Source: a bacterium (lineage in GTDB: Bacteria; SM23-31). Taken from it: DNA of 64,000 nucleotides. The DNA lies in the NCBI GenBank assembly GCA_965249485.1, contig OZ252239.1, positions 2,496,001 through 2,560,000 on the forward strand, given 5' to 3'. A program made the translations under genes and the position numbers. The first letter of the stretch is position 1, and every line of letters starts with the position of its first letter. The notes below the pieces were generated by a model. It did not search any database, had not been told where the DNA came from, and was given only the letters and a program-made list of their open reading frames with translations. This document shows positions 30,015 to 40,400 of this stretch, piece by piece.

Positions 30015-31265
30015 ATGTCAGAGTTGAATCCTTTTAAAATTGCACAAGCTCAACTTGATGAAGCTGCGAAGAAACTCGGATTAGATGCTGCAACACATGA
30101 ATTGTTGCGGTGGCCACAGCGTGAATTCAGAGTGACAATTCCTGTTAAAATGGATGATGGATCGATAAAAATATTCCATGGATACAGAGTCCAGTATAAC
30201 AGCAGCAGAGGGCCAACAAAAGGCGGTCTGCGTTGGCATCCTGAAGAAACAATTGACACCGTTCGTGCATTGGCTGCATGGATGACATGGAAATGTTCTG
30301 TGGTTGATATTCCTTTGGGTGGTGCTAAAGGTGGTGTGACCTGTAATCCAAAAGAACTGTCAAGGGGAGAACAGGAACGCCTTGCACGCGGTTATGTACG
30401 TGCTTTAGGAAGTAACTTTGGTGTTCATAAAGATGTTCCTGCACCGGATGTTTATACGAATCCACAAATTATGGCATGGATGATGGATGAGTATGAAAAT
30501 ATCACTCGTGAGAGTCATCCTGGCGTCATTACAGGCAAACCTCTGCCCCTTGGCGGAAGTCAAGGTCGTCACGATGCAACTGCACGCGGTGGTATATATA
30601 CAGTCCGTGAAGCTACACAAAAGCTGAATGTCAATCCGGCAAAAGTAACCTACGCAATTCAGGGTTTCGGAAATGCAGGACAGTATGCTGCAACTCTCCA
30701 TAAAGAAATCCTGAAAGGTGGTAAACTTGTTGCTGTATCAGATTCCCGAGGAGGTGTTTATTGTGCCGGCGGAATAGATCCGGAAGCAATTGTGAAATAC
30801 AAACTTGAAAAAGGTGCTGTCAAAGATTTTCCGGGAACCACACCGATCTCAAATGAAAATCTGCTTGAACTCGATATCGACATTCTGTATCCTTCTGCTC
30901 TTGAAAACGTAATCACCGACAAGAATGTCGCAAATATTAAGGCGAAAATCGTTTGCGAACTTGCAAACGGACCGACAACACCTGAAGCGGATGCAATTCT
31001 TCATAAAAACGGTATTCATGTTATTCCTGACTTCCTTGCGAACGCCGGTGGTGTAACAGTGTCTTATTTTGAGCAAGTCCAGAATACGTATAACTATTAT
31101 TGGACACTCGATGATGTCTACAGACAACTTGATGAAAGAATGACACGCGCCTATAACGATACATATGCTATGCATAAAGAACACAAAGTTCATATGCGGC
31201 TTGCAGCGTATATGCTATCTGTACAGCGTGTTGCTGAAGCATGTAAATTGCGTGGTTGGGTATAG
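30015..31265 (+). CDS. gdhA: Glu/Leu/Phe/Val dehydrogenase (glutamate dehydrogenase)
   Basis: [56 protein letters not shown]. Confidence 0.93.
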   Translation: MSELNPFKIAQAQLDEAAKKLGLDAATHELLRWPQREFRVTIPVKMDDGSIKIFHGYRVQYNSSRGPTKGGLRWHPEETIDTVRALAAWMTWKCSVVDIPLGGAKGGVTCNPKELSRGEQERLARGYVRALGSNFGVHKDVPAPDVYTNPQIMAWMMDEYENITRESHPGVITGKPLPLGGSQGRHDATARGGIYTVREATQKLNVNPAKVTYAIQGFGNAGQYAATLHKEILKGGKLVAVSDSRGGVYCAGGIDPEAIVKYKLEKGAVKDFPGTTPISNENLLELDIDILYPSALENVITDKNVANIKAKIVCELANGPTTPEADAILHKNGIHVIPDFLANAGGVTVSYFEQVQNTYNYYWTLDDVYRQLDERMTRAYNDTYAMHKEHKVHMRLAAYMLSVQRVAEACKLRGWV

Positions 31266-31288
31266 AGTAGCAAATTGTTCATTCATGT

Positions 31289-31320
31289 AAAAAAAGGGGA
31301 ACAATTGTTCTCCTTTTTTT
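31289..31320 (+). terminator. Intrinsic terminator after gdh
   Basis: AAAAAAAGGGGAACA-AT-TGTTCTCCTTTTTTT. Confidence 0.8.
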
Positions 31321-31451
31321 ATTTTAAAAACCTGATGGATATCCTAAATCCATCAGTGAATATCCTTGATTTTACTTTAAAAAATCACTATATATCTCAC
31401 CTCTTAAACCGCATATATCGTAACATTTCACATCTTAGAAAATAGATATCT

Positions 31452-33156
31452 GTGCTCAAAAGAAGAAACACATTGATAATAATGGCATTGCTTGTGGGTC
31501 TCGTCATGCAGAGTAAGGGTATAGAAATTTTCGAAAAGCAGACGCAACAATCAGATACACGATTTACTATGAAGACTAAACGTTCAATGGTTATCGGGCA
31601 GCGAGGTGTTGTAGCAACGAGTCAACCGCTTGCTTCACTTGCTGGACTTGACATTTTGAAAAATGGGGGAAACGCCGTAGATGCAGCAATAGCAACAGCC
31701 GCTGTTCTGAATGTAGTCGAACCATACAGTACAGGAATAGGAGGAGATGCATTTGCTCTACTTTATCTGTCTGAAGAAGATAAGTTTATCGGTTTAAATG
31801 CAAGTGGTCGCTCTCCTTATGCTGCCGAAGCTTCCATACTTCGCGAACAGTTAAAATCTGAAGGAAAGGATACTATTGAAGGAATTTATTCTGTAACGGT
31901 TCCCGGTGCTTTTGACGGGTGGGTAACATTACTTGAAGAGTACGGAACCAGGAGTCTTGCGGAAGTACTTGAACCGGCGATTTATTATGCTGAACAGGGA
32001 TTCCCGGTCACCGAAATAATAGCTCATGATTGGGCTGCATATGAGCAGGCTTTACAAGCAACACCTTCATCCGCAGAAACATGGCTTGTTGAAGGGAATG
32101 CACCTGTGGTAGGAGAGTTGTTTACAAATAAGGATCTTGCACAAACATTTCGAAAACTGGCAGCTGGTGGGCGTAATGAGTTCTATAAAGGCACAATTGC
32201 CCGAGCGATTGTAAATTTTTCAGATGAGCAGGCAGGTTTTCTCTCAATGAGAGATTTTGAGGATCATACTTCAACCTGGATTGAACCGATTTATACTGAG
32301 TATAAGGATTACCGTTTATATGAACTGCCGCCGAATGGACAGGGAATTGCCGCCCTTGAGATGCTTAATATATTAGGAAATGTTAATCTCCAATCGCTGG
32401 AACACAATTCCGCAGACTATCTTCACTATTTGATTGAGGCAAAAAAACTTGCTTATGCCGATCTATCACAATGGGTTGGTGATCTAGAATTTAATCCTTT
32501 GCCGGTAGAACACATCATTTCAAAAGAGTACAGCGTCAAACAATTTAAAAGAATTAATAGAGAACAAGCAGGGATTAGAGTAGAATCTGGTATACCTCCG
32601 ACATGGCGATACGGTTTATTTAACAGTAATGGATAACAATGGAAATGCGGTTTCCTTCATCAATAGCATATATGAGAAATTCGGATCAAAACTGACTGTT
32701 CCCGGTACAGGAATCTTGTTACAGAATAGAGGCGCACTTTTTTCTTTGCAGGAGGGACATGTAAATGTTTTTGAGCCTCATAAGCGTCCATTTCATACAA
32801 TAATTCCCGCGATGGTGTTGAAAGATAGTGATTTTTTTATGAGTTTTGGGGTGATGGGTGGCTCGAATCAACCTCAGGCACATGTTCAAGTGTTGGTGAA
32901 TATGATTGAGTACGGAATGAATGTACAGGAAGCCATAGAAGCGCCAAGAATCAGACATTTTAGCGATACCTATGTCATGTTTGAACCGGGTATATTGGAA
33001 GAAGTAATCGCTGATCTGGAAAAACGAGGGCACGACTCCTTACCGTATAGATTCGGCAGTCACGGAGGAGGTCAGGGAATCGTGTTTGATAACAAATCTG
33101 GTTCGATATTCGGAGGATCAGATCCACGTAAAGATGGTATTGCTGTTGGATACTAA
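31452..33156 (+). pseudogene. ggt: Gamma-glutamyltransferase-family (Ntn) hydrolase with signal peptide, split by a +1 frameshift at 32584-32601
   Basis: GGNAVDAAIA, GIGGD, VTVPG, PPNGQG; the +1 frame resumes HGDTVYLTVMDNNGNAVS...KRPFHTIIP...GVMGG...DPRKDG. Confidence 0.88.
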
Positions 33157-33215
33157 TTTGTTGTAGTTTATAGTGTAAGACTAAAATCGAATGTAAGTGA
33201 TGTAAGTATAGATTA

Positions 33216-34083
33216 ATGTGCGAAATCCAGATAAAAACACTTCATACACTTTCAGACTTTCAAGAATTTTCCGAGCTTCAGAAAAAAATCTGGAAATTCA
33301 GTGATGGAACTGAATGTGTACCTGATTATATCTTGATGGCTGCAGACGAGTATGGCGGTATTGTATTTGGTGCTTATGATGGCTCTAATATGATTGGTAT
33401 TGAGCTCATTTTGCCTGCTTATACACCGGAAGACGGATTTTTTCATTATGATCAGCTCTTAGGTATCCATCCAGACTGGCAGCATAAAGGTTTGGGTTAT
33501 AAGTTTAAAACTAAGCATTATGAAGAAGCGAAGAAAATGGGTGTTAAGAAAGTGACCTGGACATATGATCCCTTACAAGGGCCAAATGCCAATCTGAATG
33601 TGCAAAAATCAGGAGGAATTGTGAGGGAGTATCGCCCCAATATTTATGGCGAATACATGGGAGGCAGTGAACTTAATTCAGGTATACCCTCTGAGCGTTT
33701 TATTCTTGAATGGTATGTTTCTTCAAAACGTGTGCAAAATTAGGATGGAACAAATAAATCCGGAGCCAACCTATCATACTGAAGAGGAGATCATACCAAT
33801 TAATACCTTGACATCAATAAACAATAATATGCAAAAAATGGATTCATATATTATAGATTGAACTAAAAACACAATTTATGTTGAAATTCCCCGAAATTTT
33901 CAATCGATAATTGATACCGATAAAAAATTGGCATGTGACTGGAGAATGAAGACAAGAGCGATGTTTACAGAGGGTTTTGAAGCGGGATATACGGTTGTTG
34001 ATTTTTTCCAGATTGGTCCCAGCGCAATAAAGCGCAATATATATATGCTCGATAATTCGGCTGATATAGATAGTGCGATATGA
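33216..34083 (+). pseudogene. GNAT-family acyltransferase (type associated with NSAR/OSBS), with a +1 frameshift near 33740 and an in-frame TGA at 33859-33861
   Basis: WTYDPLQGPNANLN..K, SERF...W; after the TGA the frame continues VEIPRNFQ...D...A..WR...R..F...GY.VVDF and ends in an ATGA overlap with the next gene. Confidence 0.8.
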
Positions 34084-35183
34084 AGATAGAAAAAATTGAA
34101 TTACTTAGGGTGAAAATTCCTCTCAAACATTTTTTTGAAACCAGCTACGGCAGAGTGTATCATGAAGAACATATAATTGTCAAGATGTTGAGTGAAGGGA
34201 TTACAGGATACGGTGAATCTGCCGTAGAAACTGTCCCATATTATATTCATGAAACGACCGATTCTGTCTTGTATATCCAAAAAGAATTTTTTGTACCGGC
34301 GGTCTTGCACAATGATTTTCAGAGTATCGAAGAGTTAACCAATACATTAAGTAAAGTCCGTGGAAATAATATAGCAAAATGCGGATTTGAAGGAGCGTTC
34401 TGGCATATTTATACACAGATGCGTAACATACCACTCTATAAGCAGTGGGGAGGCGTTCGGAGTACAATTCATTCGGGTGTAAGTATTGGAATTCAGGATT
34501 CAATTCAGGATCTCCTGAAACGTATAGAATCATTTCTTGAAGAAGGTTACAAAAGAATAAAAATTAAGATAAAACCGGGCTGGGACGTTGACGCTGTTAA
34601 AGCTATCCGTGAAAATATTGGTGATATTCCACTCATGGTAGATGCAAATTCAGCATATACTCTTATGGATGTAGATATCTTGAAGGCTCTTGATGATTAC
34701 GATCTAATGATGATTGAGCAGCCCTTGCACCATGAAGACTTCACTGAACATGCACATCTGCAACAGCAATTACAGACACCGATTTGTCTCGATGAGAGTA
34801 TTGCAAATGTAGCGAGTGCAAAAGCAGCAATTGCTTTGCAGAGTTGCAAAATTATTAATATTAAACCTGCCCGTGTTGGCGGATATTCCAATGCTATCGA
34901 AATACATAATCTATGTAAAGATAGTGGAGTTGGTGTCTGGTGCGGTGGAATGCTCGAATTTGGCATTGGAAGAGCATTTAATGTGGCACTTTGCTCATTA
35001 GAAAATTTTATTTTTCCGGGAGATGTCTCTTCGAGCAGCAGATACTATGAAGAAGACCTTATAAGTCCACCTATCGAGCTGGAACGGGGAGAATTTAAAA
35101 TACCTGACAATCCTGGTATAGGTTTTGGTATAGATAAAGAAGTTCTTAATAAATATACAATAGATTCATTTAATGCTTCATAA
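34080..35183 (+). CDS. menC: o-Succinylbenzoate synthase / N-succinylamino acid racemase (enolase superfamily, NSAR/OSBS subfamily)
   Basis: FETSYG, KRIKIKIKPG, DANS, EQP, DES, NIKPARVGG, GGMLE, PGD. Confidence 0.88.
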   Translation: MKIEKIELLRVKIPLKHFFETSYGRVYHEEHIIVKMLSEGITGYGESAVETVPYYIHETTDSVLYIQKEFFVPAVLHNDFQSIEELTNTLSKVRGNNIAKCGFEGAFWHIYTQMRNIPLYKQWGGVRSTIHSGVSIGIQDSIQDLLKRIESFLEEGYKRIKIKIKPGWDVDAVKAIRENIGDIPLMVDANSAYTLMDVDILKALDDYDLMMIEQPLHHEDFTEHAHLQQQLQTPICLDESIANVASAKAAIALQSCKIINIKPARVGGYSNAIEIHNLCKDSGVGVWCGGMLEFGIGRAFNVALCSLENFIFPGDVSSSSRYYEEDLISPPIELERGEFKIPDNPGIGFGIDKEVLNKYTIDSFNAS

Positions 35184-35207
35184 TACTTTACAGATAGTTT
35201 TAGAACC

Positions 35208-35453
35208 ATGAATATAACGGTACGGTTTTTTGCGCTGTGTAAGGAAATGACCGGAACAAACCGGGTCGAATTTGAATTTCCAGACGGCGCAGATAAAGAC
35301 ACTTTAGTGGAAAAATTGATTTTCCGATATCCTGCGCTCCAGGATTTGCTCCCGCAGACAGCTTTTGCTATAAATAATGAATATATCATGCACAATTTTG
35401 AAATGCATGATGGTGATGAGATTAATCTTATTCCACCGGTAAGCGGAGGATAA
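35208..35453 (+). CDS. moaD: Molybdopterin synthase sulfur carrier subunit
   Basis: VRFFA, AINNEY, C-terminal PPVSGG. Confidence 0.93.
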   Translation: MNITVRFFALCKEMTGTNRVEFEFPDGADKDTLVEKLIFRYPALQDLLPQTAFAINNEYIMHNFEMHDGDEINLIPPVSGG

Positions 35454-35454
35454 T

Positions 35455-35883
35455 ATGAAATGGATTACAGATAAACCGATTGATACTGAAAGACTTATGA
35501 AATCTGTTGAATCCCCGGAAACCGGAGCAATTATCACGTTTAACGGTGTTGTCAGGAATAATGCCGAGGGTAAACAAGTTTTACGGATGGAATATGAAGC
35601 TCATATAGATATGGCAGAAAAACTTATGGCTGAACTTGCGGAAAAAATAATGTCAGATTTTAATATCACCGAAATTACTATGCAGCATAGGACCGGAATG
35701 CTCGAAATCGGGGAATCGAGTGTTATGATTGCAGTTTCAGCTCCACACCGGGTTGATGCGTTTGACGCCTGTCGGTATGCCATTGATACAATTAAAGAGA
35801 CAATACCAATCTGGAAAAAAGAATATTTCCAAGATGGAGCAAATTGGGTAGACGGCACGCCGATTCAACCAAACGTAGGATGA
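35455..35883 (+). CDS. moaE: Molybdopterin synthase catalytic subunit
   Basis: GAIITFNGVVRN, YEA, HRTG, SAPHR, PIWKKE. Confidence 0.95.
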   Translation: MKWITDKPIDTERLMKSVESPETGAIITFNGVVRNNAEGKQVLRMEYEAHIDMAEKLMAELAEKIMSDFNITEITMQHRTGMLEIGESSVMIAVSAPHRVDAFDACRYAIDTIKETIPIWKKEYFQDGANWVDGTPIQPNVG

Positions 35884-35887
35884 AAAA

Positions 35888-36475
35888 ATGAATACCGCTG
35901 TCATTCTTGCTGCTGGTGAATCCAGTAGAATGGAAAATTCGCCAAAAGCAAATCTGTTGTATAGAAATAAAACTTTTCTTGAAAATCTTGTTGTTGTCTT
36001 TCAGGGTGCAGGTATTGACTCTATTGTTGTCGTACTTGGAGCTCATGTTGATGAAGTAAAAAAGAATCATGTAAAACTGCCTGTTAAATTCATTGTAAAT
36101 GCCAATTATCAGGAAGGACAGCTTAGTTCAATTAAAGAATCACTCAAAGTGATTTCTGCTGAATCAGAACTCATAATTGTCCACCTTGTTGACCATCCGT
36201 TGATACAATCAAATACTATAATGTTGATACTTTCTAAAAGAACAGAGACAAATGCTTCGGTTATCATTCCTACATATGAAAAGCGAAGAGGACACCCCGT
36301 GCTATTTGGAAAAGAAGTGTTTTCTGAACTGCAAAATGCATCCAATCACGTAGGTGCCCGTGAAGTTGTATGGAATCACAAAGATGATCTCAAAGAAGTT
36401 GCAACGAATGATAGAGGAATTCTGATTAATATTAATACGCCGGAAGAGTATCGGAAATGGTGTGAACATGAATAA
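35888..36475 (+). CDS. mocA: Molybdenum cofactor cytidylyltransferase-like nucleotidyltransferase (MocA/YgfJ)
   Basis: ILAAGESSRM..PK, VVVLG, GQLSS, DHP, RGHPVLF, GAR, NINTPEEY. Confidence 0.78.
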   Translation: MNTAVILAAGESSRMENSPKANLLYRNKTFLENLVVVFQGAGIDSIVVVLGAHVDEVKKNHVKLPVKFIVNANYQEGQLSSIKESLKVISAESELIIVHLVDHPLIQSNTIMLILSKRTETNASVIIPTYEKRRGHPVLFGKEVFSELQNASNHVGAREVVWNHKDDLKEVATNDRGILININTPEEYRKWCEHE

Positions 36476-36621
36476 CAATGTGTTAGACTGTGATGAGATA
36501 TCCGACATTTGAGAGATTTACCCCACCTTTATTAAGCAAGATATACAAATTCACGTATTAATCCGACCAAAATTATCGCCTTAAAAACTACTTTCTGTGA
36601 TATTTAATTGAATGAATAACT

Positions 36622-36640
36622 GATAATGAGTATCGTTATA
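36622..36640. promoter_or_regulatory. Fur/PerR-family box upstream of the ferredoxin pair
   Basis: GATAATGAGTATCGTTATA matches 15 of 19 positions of the classical Fur box GATAATGATAATCATTATC. Confidence 0.5.
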
Positions 36641-36716
36641 GTATAAAATGTATATTTTGTTACATCTATAACCGGAGCATTCTTCAGGCTCTCAATATTG
36701 AAAGGAATGGGCCTAT

Positions 36717-36944
36717 ATGTCATATATGATTTTAAAAGAGGAGTGAGTAGCGTGCGATGCATGCTATGAAGCATGTTTATTTGATGCTGTACAGAGGGAT
36801 TTTCCTGCATATTTTATCGATTCGAGTAAATGTAATGAGTGCTCAGAATTATATGACAAAGCACAATGCGCTGTTGTTTGCCCGTTGATAGATGGTTGTG
36901 TGCCTAATTCTTCCCATACAAGTGAAAATCTCGTGCGTACTTAG
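36717..36944 (+). CDS. YfhL-type 2[4Fe-4S] ferredoxin with in-frame TGA at the first cluster cysteine (candidate selenoprotein, or pseudogene/error)
   Basis: Not in ORF track. MSYMILKEE(TGA)VACDACYEACLFDAVQRDFPAYFIDSSKCNECSELYDKAQCAVVCPLIDGCVPNSSHTSENLVRT; AAAGGA RBS; aligns with the adjacent paralog. Confidence 0.7.
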
Positions 36945-36997
36945 CGAAATATTATCAGAGTTCATTTGATCTAATTATTTAGTTAGGAAGTAGTTGA

Positions 36998-37207
<210 letters not shown>

Positions 37208-37237
37208 ACAATTCTTAACAAATAGTTGCAAAATAAT

Positions 37238-37265
37238 AAACGGGTGCATGGTGCCCGTTTTTTTT
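37238..37265 (+). terminator. Intrinsic terminator after the ferredoxin pair
   Basis: AAACGGGTGC-ATG-GTGCCCGTTT followed by a T run. Confidence 0.85.
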
Positions 37266-37463
37266 ATTATAAGTTATAACAAATGCAAATCAAGTTGTCT
37301 AACTTCTTTGATTCTCATCACATTTTCCTTACATTTACGGTATTGTATTTACAATAATATACGGTATTTTCCTCATGCTTTCTTAAAGCAAATTTAATCG
37401 CATGACGATAATGAGTTAAGATAAGTTTAAATAGTTCGTGTGATGGACTCACGCTGATCGACC

Positions 37464-40400
37464 ATGAAACATATTAACCCTTACAAAAACAAATTGTTAG
37501 GCGCACTATGCCTTGTTGTGCTGCTGAGTATCCCTTCAGTCAGTTATGCACAGCTTGACATTTGGACTCCTGTAGGTCCCGGAATTGCCGCCGGTGATAC
37601 GATGTTTTCTATTGCTGTTGATCCGAATTTTCCGGATACGATATATGTTGGTAGTTCTTCCTCCCGAATTGAAAGAACATTTGATGGAGGAGCAAATTGG
37701 ACTCCTCTTGCGACATTTCCCGGAGGCGTTCATATTGTTGATCTGATTGTGCATCCTAATATCTCATCAAAAGTAATAGCAGCATCTGACAGTGGAGTGT
37801 TTGTAAGTACGGACAGAGGGGCAACTTGGACACATAGCATTGCTGGATTAGCTGACACCGTCCTGACAGATTTACTAATCAATTCTCAAAATCCTGATAC
37901 ATTGTTTGCAACTGGCAGGGGTGGTGTATTCAGGAGCTTAAATCTTGCAACCTCTTGGGCATCACATAATGGCGGATTATCAGCTGATTCCGTCAATGTC
38001 ACATCTATAAGGTAATGCCACATTTGATCAAGCGACTATGTATGTCGGAACTTCAAATGGCAGGTTGTACAGATCAGATAATTCTGGCCTTACCTGGACA
38101 TTTCGAGGAACTATTGCAGGAGCGAATATAACAAGGATTATTGTCGATAACCTTGACTCCGATATTGTGTATGCTGGCACAGCGAGTGATGGTGTTCACA
38201 GATCACTTGACGGAGGAGTGTCTTGGTCCCAGTTTCCAAGAAGTAATCCGGTTACAGATGTTCTCCAGATAAAGTCGCTTGCGCTTGATTCGTCAACACC
38301 TCGAAAACTATATGCCGGTACAGATGGGAATGGAGTATATCAGTTTGCGTTCGGCGACACCGTATTGTCGGCAATTAATCTCGGATTGAATAATGGAAGA
38401 ATTTTTGATTTGGCAGTTCACCCGCTTGAACCGTATATAATCTTCTCCACAACAGAAGAAAATTCACTTAATGCAGTTTACAAGTATATCGGCAATAGAA
38501 GTCCTATAATCGATCCCATCAGTGATAAACAGTTAAATGTTGGAGAACTTGTAACATTTACGGTTACAGCGAGTGATCCAGATACGGGAGAAACCAGCGA
38601 TCTTGTTTTTCTTGTTGACAATCTTCCACAGAATGCTACTTATGACTCACTTGCCACTCATGTCTTTTCGTGGATTCCTGCTCAATCAGATACAGGTGAT
38701 AATGTTGTCGTTTTTAAAGTACACGATCTGCGGAATGGTCAGGACTCTTCTGTTGTAACCATTAATGTGAACAGAATTCCGACAATAACTATAGCCGATA
38801 CCACGATTAGTGGTGTCGAAGACTCTCTTATCACATTTACCGTTTCAGCGACAGATCTCGATAATGATCCGTTGCTTTTTAGTGCATCAAATCTTCCGAC
38901 TGGTGCTACATACGATACAAGTGGTGCGAAAACTTTTACCTGGACGCCTGGATTTGACCAGGCAGGTAGTACGACTGTCACATTTACCGTGGATGATAGT
39001 AGGACAGGTGTTGTCACAAAAAATGTTATCTTTTCAATTCAGAACAAAAACCGTAATCCATTCTTCGATCCTGCAATAAGTGATAAGGCTGTGCAGGAAG
39101 GTTCACTCCTGTCGTTTACTGTAAATGGAACAGATTTAGATAACGATCCGATAACGTATAGTATTTTAGATACTTTACCAATAGGCGCAGGCTACGATTC
39201 AGTAGATACGAAACGATTTTCCTGGATTCCGACCTTTGAAGATTCAGGTCGACATGTTGTGGTATTTACATTGCGTGACGACCTAGGGGGATCAGCAACT
39301 GACTCCGTTGCTATTACCGTTCAAAATGTCAATCGAGTACCTGTTTTCAGCACAATTGCAGACACGTTTTCAATAAATGAGGGTGAAAGTATTAGTTTCA
39401 CTGTTCGGGCAACCGATGCTGATGGTGACTCCGTTTCGTATGATGCAGCTAATCTGCCTCAGAGTTCAACGTTCAATAAATTCAGCGGTCTATTTATCTG
39501 GATTCCAAATTTTAGTCAAAGCGGTACACACCGTGTTGTCTTTAACGCTCTCGATGATCAGGGAGGCGGATCATTTAGAGACGTATTTCTTGTTGTACAG
39601 GATGTGCAAGTGCCTCTGCCAGGTACCGACTTTGCTCCTACAATTATTGGTACAGAAGATAAAGTGATCAACGAAAACGAAACTGTGATTTTCCAGGTTG
39701 TTGCAACAGATGACGGCTTACAAGATTCGTTAACATTCAACCTCGATAATGCATTGCCTTCCGGGGCAACGTTCGATGCACAAGGGACACACATTTTTGA
39801 ATGGGTTACAACATTTAATGACAGCGGTACCTACGTATTGGCATTCAGTGTGACCGATAGTTTTCCGAATACTGCCCGTGATACGGTGTTGATTACGGTT
39901 AATAATATAAATAGGTTGCCGGTAACTACCGTCCCCACGGACACAAATTTTGCAGAAGGGACTTCAATTGTACTGCCGCTTGGAATTTCTGATCCTGATA
40001 ACGATGCTATTACTATTACCTATTTTGAAGTGCCTTTCGGTAGCTTGATCAAGTCTGGAGGAGTCGATACGCTTGTGTGGACACCAACATTTTTGCAGGA
40101 AGGCGTTTATTAACTTAGGTTCACTGTTGACGACACTCAGAATGGAAGTTTAAGCCATACCTTGCAGATAACTATAGACAACACAAATAGAAGCCCGGCA
40201 GGTTTTAATATTATTACTCCAAAGGATGGCAATGAAGTTCTCCTTACAGATTATCTGATTTGGGAACAGGCAGATGATCCAGATATTGACGATACACTGA
40301 GTTATTCATTGGAGCTTGATGACGATCCCGCATTCGGCTCTATTGATATTCAGATCGATACGATAAATAATTTTTTAATTTCGCAGCCAAGCATCGCTGG

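Noticed and set aside
38490..40110. Repeats as a CRISPR array or DGR template/variable repeat
   Set aside because: The repetition is at the protein level (Ig-like domains) with diverged DNA; no identical spaced repeats, cas genes or reverse transcriptase are present.
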